The notes below the pieces were generated by a model. It searched no databases. It was not told the origin of the DNA and worked only from the letters and a program-made list of their open reading frames with translations. A stretch of 64,000 nt of DNA from Nemertoderma westbladi (lineage: Eukaryota > Animalia > Xenacoelomorpha): NCBI GenBank assembly GCA_032718475.1, contig JAUCBJ010000528.1:12381-76380 (forward strand), in the 5' to 3' direction. The number at the start of each line of letters is the position of its first letter. Within the stretch, counting starts at the first letter, position 1. The position numbers and the translations under genes are program-made. Below, piece by piece: positions 48,595-60,038 of this stretch.

Positions 48595-51500
48595 ACGGCA
48601 CTCACCGCAGTCCTACTGTACGGCACTCACCGCAGTGCTACTGTACGGCACTCACCGCAGTCCTACTGTACGGAACTCACCGCAGTCCTACTGTACGGCA
48701 CTCACCGCAGTCCTACTGTACGGCACTCACCGCAGTCCTACTGTACGGCACTCACCGCAGTCCTACTGTACGGCACTCACCGCAGTCCTACTGTACGGCA
48801 CTCACCGCAGTCCTACTGTACGGCACTCACCGCAGTCCTACTGTACGGCACTCACCGCAGTCCTACTGTACGGAACTCACCGCAGTCCTACTGTACGGCA
48901 CTCACCGCAGTCCTACTGTACGGCACTCACCGCAGTCCTACTGTACGGCACTCACCGCAGTCCTACTGTACGGCACTCACCGCAGTCCTACTGTACGGCA
49001 CTCACCGCAGTCCTACTGTACGGCACTCACCGCAGTCCTACTGTACGGCACTCACCGCAGTCCTACTGTACGGCACTCACCGCAGTCCTACTGTACGGCA
49101 CTCACCGCAGTCCTACTGTACGGCACTCACCGCAGTCCTACTGTACGGCACTCACCGCAGTCCTACTGTACGGCACTCACCGCAGTCCTACTGTACGGCA
49201 CTCACCGCAGTCCTACTGTACGGCACTCACCGCAGTCCTACTGTACGGCACTCACCGCAGTCCTACTGTACGGCACTCACCGCAGTCCTACTGTACGGCA
49301 CTCACCGCAGTCCTACTGTACGGCACTCACCGCAGTCCTACTGTACGGCACTCACCGCAGTCCTACTGTACGGAACTCACCGCAGTCCTACTGTACGGCA
49401 CTCACCGCAGTCCTACTGTACGGCACTCACCGCAGTCCTACTGTACGGCACTCACCGCAGTCCTACTGTACGGCACGCACTCACCGCAGTCCTACTGTAC
49501 GGCACGGCACTCACCGCAGTCCTACTGTACGGCACTCACCGCAGTCCTACTGTACGGCACTCACCGCAGTCCTACTGTACGGCACTCACCGCAGTGCTAC
49601 TGTACGGCACTCACCGCAGTCCTACTGTACGGAACTCACCGCAGTCCTACTGTACGGCACTCACCGCAGTCCTACTGTACGGCACTCACCGCAGTCCTAC
49701 TGTACGGCACTCACCGCAGTCCTACTGTACGGCACGGCACTCACCGCAGTCCTACTGTACGGCACTCACCGCAGTCCTACTGTACGGCACTCACCGCAGT
49801 CCTACTGTACGGCACTCACCGCAGTCCTACTGTACGGCACTCACCGCAGTCCTACTGTACGGCACTCACCGCAGTCCTACTGTACTGTAGGAACTCACCG
49901 CAGTCCTACTGTACGGCACTCACCGCAGTCCTACTGTACGGCACTCACCGCAGTCCTACTGTACGGCACTCACCGCAGTCCTACTGTACGGCACTCACCG
50001 CAGTCCTACTGTACGGCACTCACCGCAGTCCTACTGTACGGCACTCACCGCAGTCCTACTGTACGGCACTCACCGCAGTCCTACTGTACGGCACTCACCG
50101 CAGTCCTACTGTACGGCACTCACCGCAGTCCTACTGTACGGAACTCACCGCAGTCCTACTGTACGGCACTCACCGCAGTCCTACTGTACGGAACTCACCG
50201 CAGTCCTACTGTACGGCACTCACCGCAGTCCTACTGTACGGAACTCACCGCAGTCCTACTGTACGGCACTCACCGCAGTCCTACTGTACGGAACTCACCG
50301 CAGTCCTACTGTACGGCACTCACCGCAGTGCTACTGTACGGCACTCACCGCAGTCCTACTGTACGGCACTCACCGCAGTCCTACTGTACGGAACTCACCG
50401 CAGTCCTACTGTACGGCACTCACCGCAGTCCTACTGTACGGAACTCACCGCAGTCCTACTGTACGGCACTCACCGCAGTCCTACTGTACGGCACTCACCG
50501 CAGTGCTACTGTACGGCACTCACCGCAGTCCTACTGTACGGAACTCACCGCAGTCCTACTGTACGGCACTCACCGCAGTCCTACTGTACGGAACTCACCG
50601 CAGTCCTACTGTACGGCACTCACCGCAGTCCTACTGTACGGCACTCACCGCAGTCCTACTGTACGGCACTCACCGCAGTCCTACTGTACGGAACTCACCG
50701 CAGTCCTACTGTACGGCACTCACCGCAGTCCTACTGTACGGCACTCACCGCAGTCCTACTGTACGGAACTCACCGCAGTCCTACTGTACGGCACTCACCG
50801 CAGTCCTACTGTACGGAACTCACCGCAGTCCTACTGTACGGCACTCACCGCAGTCCTACTGTACGGAACTCACCGCAGTCCTACTGTACGGAACTCACCG
50901 CAGTCCTACTGTACGGAACTCACCGCAGTCCTACTGTACGGCACTCACCGCAGTCCTACTGTACGGCACTCACCGCAGTCCTACTGTACGGCACTCACCG
51001 CAGTCCTACTGTACGGAACTCACCGCAGTCCTACTGTACGGCACTCACCGCAGTCCTACTGTACGGAACTCACCGCAGTCCTACTGTACGGCACTCACCG
51101 CAGTCCTACTGTACGGCACTCACCGCAGTCCTACTGTACGGCACTCACCGCAGTCCTACTGTACGGAACTCACCGCAGTCCTACTGTACGGCACTCACCG
51201 CAGTCCTACTGTACGGCACTCACCGCAGTCCTACTGTACGGAACTCACCGCAGTCCTACTGTACGGCACTCACCGCAGTCCTACTGTACGGAACTCACCG
51301 CAGTCCTACTGTACGGCACTCACCGCAGTCCTACTGTACGGAACTCACCGCAGTCCTACTGTACGGCACTCACCGCAGTCCTACTGTACGGAACTCACCG
51401 CAGTCCTACTGTACGGCACTCACCGCAGTCCTACTGTACGGCACTCACCGCAGTCCTACTGTACGGCACTCACCGCAGTCCTACTGTACGGCACTCACCG

Positions 51501-54500
51501 CAGTCCTACTGTACGGCACTCACCGCAGTCCTACTGTACGGCACTCACCGCAGTCCTACTGTACGGCACTCACCGCAGTCCTACTGTACGGCACTCACCG
51601 CAGTCCTACTGTACGGCACTCACCGCAGTCCTACTGTACGGCACTCACCGCAGTCCTACTGTACGGCACTCACCGCAGTCCTACTGTACGGAACTCACCG
51701 CAGTCCTACTGTACGGCACTCACCGCAGTCCTACTGTACGGCACTCACCGCAGTCCTACTGTACGGCACTCACCGCAGTCCTACTGTACGGCACTCACCG
51801 CAGTCCTACTGTACGGCACTCACCGCAGTCCTACTGTACGGCACTCACCGCAGTCCTACTGTACGGCACTCACCGCAGTCCTACTGTACGGCACTCACCG
51901 CAGTCCTACTGTACGGCACTCACCGCAGTCCTACTGTACGGCACTCACCGCAGTCCTACTGTACGGCACTCACCGCAGTCCTACTGTACGGCACTCACCG
52001 CAGTCCTACTGTACGGCACTCACCGCAGTCCTACTGTACTGTATGGAACTCACCGCAGTCCTACTGTACGGCACTCACCGCAGTCCTACTGTACGGAACT
52101 CACCGCAGTCCTACTGTACGGCACTCACCGCAGTCCTACTGTACGGAACTCACCGCAGTGCTACTTTATTTATTTATTTATTCCTTTATTTCAAACCAAA
52201 CAAGGTTCATACGTAAAAACAATACACCGATCAGACAATACTAGTTTACACGATACAGTACTAAATTATGAAAATGAAGCTACTGTACGGCACTCACCGC
52301 AGTCCTACTGTACGGCACTCACCGCAGCCCTACTGTACGGCACGGCACTCACCGCAGTCCTACTGTACGGCACTCACCGCAGTCCTACTGTACGGCACTC
52401 ACCGCAGTGCTACTGTACGGCACTCACCGCAGTCCTAACTGTACTGTATGGAACTCACCGCAGTCCTACTGTACGGCACTCACCGCAGTCCTACTGTACG
52501 GAACTCACCGCAGTCCTACTGTACGGCACTCACCGCAGTCCTACTGTACGGCACTCACCGCAGTCCTACTGTACGGCACTCACCGCAGTCCTACTGTACG
52601 GCACTCACCGCAGTCCTACTGTACGGCACTCACCGCAGTCCTACTGTACGGCACTCACCGCAGTCCTACTGTACGGCACTCACCGCAGTCCTACTGTACG
52701 GCACTCACCGCAGTCCTACTGTACGGCACTCACCGCAGTCCTACTGTACGGCACTCACCGCAGTCCTACTGTACGGCACTCACCGCAGTCCTACTGTACG
52801 GCACTCACCGCAGTCCTACTGTACGGCACTCACCGCAGTCCTACTGTACGGAACTCACCGCAGTCCTACTGTACGGCACTCACCGCAGTCCTACTGTACG
52901 GAACTCACCGCAGTCCTACTGTACGGCACTCACCGCAGTCCTACTGTACGGAACTCACCGCAGTCCTACTGTACGGCACTCACCGCAGTCCTACTGTACG
53001 GCACTCACCGCAGTCCTACTGTACGGCACTCACCGCAGTCCTACTGTACGGCACTCACCGCAGTCCTACTGTACGGCACTCACCGCAGTCCTACTGTACG
53101 GCACTCACCGCAGTCCTACTGTACGGAACTCACCGCAGTCCTACTGTACGGCACTCACCGCAGTCCTACTGTACGGAACTCACCGCAGTCCTACTGTACG
53201 GCACTCACCGCAGTCCTACTGTACGGAACTCACCGCAGTCCTACTGTACGGCACTCACCGCAGTCCTACTGTACGGAACTCACCGCAGTCCTACTGTACG
53301 GCACTCACCGCAGTCCTACTGTACGGCACTCACCGCAGTCCTACTGTACGGCACTCACCGCAGTCCTACTGTACGGCACTCACCGCAGTCCTACTGTACG
53401 GCACTCACCGCAGTCCTACTGTACGGCACTCACCGCAGTCCTACTGTACGGCACTCACCGCAGTCCCACTGTACGGCACGGCACTCACCGCAGTCCTACT
53501 GTACGGCACTCACCGCAGTCCTACTGTACGGCACGGCACTCACCGCAGTCCTACTGTACGGAACTCACCGCAGTCCTACTGTACGGCACTCACCGCAGTC
53601 CTACTGTACGGCACTCACCGCAGTCCTACTGTACGGCACTCACCGCAGTCCTACTGTACGGCACTCACCGCAGTCCTACTGTACGGCACTCACCGCAGTC
53701 CTACTGTACGGCACTCACCGCAGTCCTACTGTACGGCACTCACCGCAGTCCTACTGTACGGCACTCACCGCAGTCCTACTGTACGGCACTCACCGCAGTC
53801 CTACTGTACGGCACTCACCGCAGTCCCACTGTACGGCACGGCACTCACCGCAGTCCTACTGTACGGCACTCACCGCAGTCCTACTGTACGGCACTCACCG
53901 CAGTCCTACTGTACGGCACTCACCGCAGTCCTACTGTACGGCACTCACCGCAGTCCTACTGTACGGCACTCACCGCAGTCCTACTGTACGGCACTCACCG
54001 CAGTCCTACTGTACGGCACTCACCGCAGTCCTACTGTACGGCACTCACCGCAGTCCTACTGTACGGCACTCACCGCAGTCCTACTGTACGGCACTCACCG
54101 CAGTCCTACTGTACGGCACTCACCGCAGTCCTACTGTACGGCACTCACCGCAGTCCTACTGTACGGCACTCACCGCAGTCCTACTGTACGGCACTCACCG
54201 CAGTCCTACTGTACGGCACTCACCGCAGTCCTACTGTACGGAACTCACCGCAGTCCTACTGTACGGCACTCACCGCAGTCCTACTGTACGGCACTCACCG
54301 CAGTCCTACTGTACGGCACTCACCGCAGTCCTACTGTACGGACACTCACCGCAGTCCTACTGTACGGCACTCACCGCAGTCCTACTGTACGGCACTCACC
54401 GCAGTCCTACTGTACGGCACTCACCGCAGTCCTACTGTACGGCACTCACCGCAGTCCTACTGTACGGCACTCACCGCAGTCCTACTGTACGGCACTCACC

Positions 54501-57500
54501 GCAGTCCTACTGTACGGCACTCACCGCAGTCCTACTGTACGGCACTCACCGCAGTCCTACTGTACGGCACTCACCGCAGTCCTACTGTACGGCACTCACC
54601 GCAGTCCTACTGTACGGCACTCACCGCAGTCCTACTGTACGGCACTCACCGCAGTCCTACTGTACGGCACTCACCGCAGTCCTACTGTACGGCACTCACC
54701 GCAGTCCTACTGTACGGCACTCACCGCAGTCCTACTGTACGGCACTCACCGCAGTCCTACTGTACGGCACTCACCGCAGTCCTACTGTACGGCACGGCAC
54801 TCACCGCAGTCCTACTGTACGGCACTCACCGCAGTCCTACTGTACGGCACTCACCGCAGTCCTACTGTACGGCACTCACCGCAGTCCTACTGTACGGCAC
54901 TCACCGCAGTCCTACTGTACGGCACTCACCGCAGTCCTACTGTACGGCACTCACCGCAGTCCTACTGTACGGCACTCACCGCAGTCCTACTGTACGGCAC
55001 TCACCGCAGTCCTACTGTACGGCACTCACCGCAGTCCTACTGTACGGCACTCACCGCAGTCCTACTGTACGGCACTCACCGCAGTCCTACTGTACGGCAC
55101 TCACCGCAGTCCTACTGTACGGCACTCACCGCAGTCCTACTGTACGGCACTCACCGCAGTCCTACTGTACGGCACTCACCGCAGTCCTACTGTACGGCAC
55201 TCACCGCAGTCCTACTGTACGGCACTCACCGCAGTCCTACTGTACGGCACTCACCGCAGTCCTACTGTACGGCACTCACCGCAGTCCTACTGTACGGCAC
55301 TCACCGCAGTCCTACTGTACGGCACTCACCGCAGTCCTACTGTACGGCACTCACCGCAGTCCTACTGTACGGCACTCACCGCAGTCCTACTGTACGGCAC
55401 TCACCGCAGTCCTACTGTACGGCACTCACCGCAGTCCTACTGTACGGCACTCACCGCAGTCCTACTGTACGGCACTCACCGCAGTCCTACTGTACGGCAC
55501 TCACCGCAGTCCTACTGTACGGCACTCACCGCAGTCCTACTGTACGGAACTCACCGCAGTCCTACTGTACGGCACTCACCGCAGTCCTACTGTACGGCAC
55601 TCACCGCAGTCCTACTGTACGGCACTCACCGCAGTCCTACTGTACGGCACTCACCGCAGTCCTACTGTACGGCACTCACCGCAGTCCTACTGTACGGCAC
55701 TCACCGCAGTCCTACTGTACGGCACTCACCGCAGTCCTACTGTACGGCACTCACCGCAGTCCTACTGTACGGCACTCACCGCAGTCCTACTGTACGGCAC
55801 GCACTCACCGCAGTCCTACTGTACGGCACTCACCGCAGTCCTACTGTACGGCACTCACCGCAGTCCTACTGTACGGCACTCACCGCAGTCCTACTGTACG
55901 GCACTCACCGCAGTCCTACTGTACGGCACTCACCGCAGTCCTACTGTACGGCACTCACCGCAGTCCTACTGTACGGCACTCACCGCAGTCCTACTGTACG
56001 GCACTCACCGCAGTCCTACTGTACGGCACTCACCGCAGTCCTACTGTACGGCACTCACCGCAGTCCTACTGTACGGCACTCACCGCAGTCCTACTGTACG
56101 GCACTCACCGCAGTCCTACTGTACGGCACTCACCGCAGTCCTACTGTACGGCACTCACCGCAGTCCTACTGTACGGCACTCACCGCAGTCCTACTGTACG
56201 GCACTCACCGCAGTCCTACTGTACGGCACTCACCGCAGTCCTACTGTACGGCACTCACCGCAGTCCTACTGTACGGCACTCACCGCAGTCCTACTGTACG
56301 GCACTCACCGCAGTCCTACTGTACGGCACTCACCGCAGTCCTACTGTACGGCACTCACCGCAGTCCTACTGTACGGCACTCACCGCAGTCCTACTGTACG
56401 GCACTCACCGCAGTCCTACTGTACGGCACTCACCGCAGTCCTACTGTACGGCACTCACCGCAGTCCTACTGTACGGCACTCACCGCAGTCCTACTGTACG
56501 GCACTCACCGCAGTCCTACTGTACGGCACGGCACTCACCGCAGTCCTACTGTACGGCACTCACCGCAGTCCTACTGTACGGCACTCACCGCAGTCCTACT
56601 GTACGGCACTCACCGCAGTCCTACTGTACGGCACTCACCGCAGTCCTACTGTACGGCACTCACCGCAGTCCTACTGCACGGCACTCACCGCAGTCCTACT
56701 GTACGGCACTCACCGCAGTCCTACTGTACGGCACTCACCGCAGTCCTACTGTACGGCACTCACCGCAGTCCTACTGTACGGCACTCACCGCAGTCCTACT
56801 GTACGGCACTCACCGCAGTCCTACTGTACGGCACTCACCGCAGTCCTACTGTACGGCACTCACCGCAGTCCTACTGTACGGCACTCACCGCAGTCCTACT
56901 GTACGGCACTCACCGCAGTCCTACTGTACGGAACTCACCGCAGTCCTACTGTACGGCACTCACCGCAGTCCTACTGTACGGCACTCACCGCAGTCCTACT
57001 GCACGGCACTCACCGCAGTCCTACTGTACGGCACTCACCGCAGTCCTACTGTACGGCACTCACCGCAGTCCTACTGTACGGCACTCACCGCAGTCCTACT
57101 GTACGGCACGGCACTCACCGCAATCCTACTGCACGGCACTCACCGCAGTCCTACTGTACGGCACTCACCGCAGTCCTACTGTACGGCACTCACCGCAGTC
57201 CTACTGCACGGAACTCACCGCAGTCCTACTGTACGGAACTCACCGCAGTCCTACTGTACGGCACTCACCGCAGTCCTACTGTACGGCACTCACCGCAGTC
57301 CTACTGTACGGAACTCACCGCAGTCCTACTGTACGGCACTCACCGCAGTCCTACTGTACGGCACTCACCGCAGTCCTACTGCACGGCACTCACCGCAGTC
57401 CTACTGTACGGAACTCACCGCAGTCCTACTGTACGGAACTCACCGCAGTCCTACTGTACGGCACTCACCGCAGTCCTACTGTACGGCACTCACCGCAGTC

Positions 57501-57603
57501 CTACTGTACGGCACTCACCGCAGTCCTACTGTACGGAACTCACCGCAGTCCTACTGTACGGCACTCACCGCAGTCCTACTGCACGGCACTCACCGCAGTC
57601 CTA
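48594..57603 (-). repeat. 25-bp tandem array (~355 copies) = last 10 nt of TTC14 exon plus first 15 nt of intron
   Basis: Sense unit TAGGACTGCG|GTGAGTGCCGTACAG; the exon ends ...ATT AAA CTA GGA CTG CG|GTGAGT. Confidence 0.97.
52166..52278 (-). mobile_element. Short 5'-truncated retroposon (LINE/SINE 3' end) inserted in the 25-bp array
   Basis: (TAAA)n tail with AATAAA on the minus strand; flanked by GCTACT direct repeats (52160-52165, 52279-52284). Confidence 0.75.
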
Positions 57604-57836
57604 GTTTAATAAACGTTTCGCACAGATATTTCGAAGCGTTCTTGTGATCCGGTTTCAGTGTTAACGCCCGACTCAAGTCCCTGACGGCATCCGAAAGCTT
57701 CCCATTGGTGGAATACAAAGCTCCCCTAGCAACCAATGCCTCTTCGTTGTTTGAATCTGTCACTAACGCCGTATCGAAGTGGTGCAGAGCCTCGGTAATC
57801 TGTTCCTTTTTAAACAACTCGACGCCAATAGCGACA
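57594..57836 (-). CDS. TTC14: TTC14 TPR exon
   Basis: VAIGVELFKK...EALVARGALYSTNG.L..AV.D...AL...P.HKNASKYLCET resembles TTC14 VKIGVDYFK...EALVARGALYATKG...PTHRNARKYLCQT. Acceptor tatttcAG|T, donor CG|GTGAGT, 243 bp (phase 2 to 2). Confidence 0.93.
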
Positions 57837-58514
57837 CTGAAATAGAGATGATAGCGGTAGTGTAAATGTTCACAAAGTATCATTCATTCATGTTTATTAC
57901 TGGTAGATCAGTATTGATTCCCTAGTGGACGTTCTCTTATTGGTTGGAATAACACCTCGTCACCTCCCTCACACCTCGTCACCCCGCTAACACCTCGTCG
58001 CCCCGCTAACACCTCGTCATCCCGCTAACACCTCGTCACCTCACTAACACCTCGTCACCTCCCTCGTCACCCGCTAATATCTCGTCACCCCGCTAATACC
58101 TCGTCACCTCCCTAACACTTCGTCACCTCCCTAACACCTCGTCCCCCGCTAACACCTCGTCACCTCCCTCACACCTCGTCACCCCGCTAACACCTCGTCC
58201 CCCGCTAACACCTCGTCATCCCGCTAACACCTCGTCACCTCACTAACACCTCGTCACCTCCCTCGTCACCCGCTAATATCTCGTCACCCCGCTAATACCT
58301 CGTCACCTCCCTAACACTTCGTCACCTCCCTAACACCTCGTCACCTCCCTAACACCTCGTCACCCCAATAACACCTCGCCACCTCTCTAACACCTCGTCA
58401 CTTCGCTAAAACCTCGACACCTCACGAAAACCTCGACACCTCACTAACACCTCGTCACCCGCTAACACCTCGTCACACTGCTAGCACCTCGTCACCCCGC
58501 TAACACCGCTAACT

Positions 58515-60038
58515 TTAGTAGCAAGGGGATTTGAGGATACAGATGATGTCTTAGGTTATGCCCCAACTGTAAGTATTCAATGAGAATTGCGTTGTCAATT
58601 GCTAGTGATGATGACTGGTCGGCAGTTGTTGTTGATTTTAAGACGGCCTTTTTGCAGGGTCATCAGATACAACGAGATGTTTATTTAATCCCTCCAAAAG
58701 GCGTCCCATTGACGTATGGTAGTAAAACGTTATGGAAATTACGAAAATGTGTTTATGGTTTAACAGAGGCTTCGAGACAATGGTATGGAAAGGTTAAGGA
58801 TGAAATATTGAAACTTGGTGGTATAATGTCTAAAATGGATAATGCAATGTTTATATTCAAAAGTGTTGATAATGTTGTGGGGGTTATTGGACTGCATGTT
58901 GATGATGTTCTATTGGCTGGAACTCCATCTATGGTTAATGCGATTGTAGAAAAGTTGGATTCTATATTCAAAATAGGAAAGATTAAAAAGGTCAATAGCG
59001 AATGGGTAGAATTTCTAGGTCTCCAGATTCGGAAAAGAGATTCCCGATTTGAAATTTCACAGGCGAAATATGTGGATCAACTAGAGTGTCTGAATGTTAG
59101 TGACACTGTCAGAATTGGTTGTGAGTCGGAAACTGCAAGGACGGCAGTTGGTAAACTTATGTGGCTTTGCACGACAAGTCGCCCAGATATATCCTTCTCT
59201 GTGAGTCGATTGGCATCATGCACTAGTACAGCTACGGTCTCTGATTTAAACAAACTTAACAAATTGATTCGTACAGTGAAGTCCCAGCCATTTATACTTC
59301 CACTCTTAAGAGATATGTCCGATTGTATAACAGTGTATGTTGATGCATCCTTTGGTAATCCATCTTGGGGTGGGTACATTCTACTCTGGGGTAGAGCTGT
59401 TATTGGGTGGAAGTCATATAGACTAAAGCGCGTCACTAGAAGTGCTCTTGCTGCAGAGGCTATATCTATGGTCGATGCTGTTGACGAGGCAGTCTATCTC
59501 AGGAGTTTGATATCGGAATTTAATCCTGCAACTTCTAAGAGAACTAGCATAAAACTAATTACTGATAATCGGTGTCTCTTCAATTGTATTAACAATGGAT
59601 CCCTTTGTTCTGAGAAGAGATTACAACTAGACCTAGACTGTGTTAGGGAAGTGATAAACGAAGAAAGGCAATTTGGAAATGATCGACCCATCGAGTGGGT
59701 ATCAACTGTTGACATGTTGGCAGATCCTTTGACAAAGGAGAAGACGGGGAATGTTATGATTAACTCATTGAATAAGATATTCAATAAAAGACAATAAACT
59801 CTGAACTGAGACTAGATAGACTAATTAATAATTAGATAGATTCACTTTATTGATTTATATTGTATACGACCTACTATACTTAAATGTATCAGTTGTTTGC
59901 AGCTGTTAGGCATTCAGCTGTAACAGGGATGTATTAGTATTTTCTGTTACTGTCTCTGCTTTACGTTTCTCATATATATTATCTTATTATATTACCTTTC
60001 ATTACCTTTCGTATTATACATTGATTTAATTCTTAACA
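58515..60038 (+). mobile_element. 5'-truncated Ty1/Copia element (GalEa-like) RT-RNase H plus 3' LTR
   Basis: LVARGFED, DFKTAFLQG, LRKCVYGLTEASRQWY, HVDD, SRPDISF, YVDAS, WKSYRLKRVTRSALAAE, EKRLQLD, MLADPLTK (ORF 58580-59797; frameshift near 58575). Confidence 0.93.
59752..60038 (+). repeat. Copia 3' LTR (287 bp, TGTTA...TAACA)
   Basis: Preceded by PPT AAAGGAGAAGACGGGGAA; 5-bp inverted termini; ends exactly where the minisatellite resumes. Confidence 0.8.

Noticed and set aside
48585-57647. Very long + strand ORFs (1193-2368 aa, HSPQSYCTALTAVLLYGT...)
   Set aside because: Artefact of a 25-bp unit with no + strand stop codon, so all three frames are open; antisense to a TTC14 intron.
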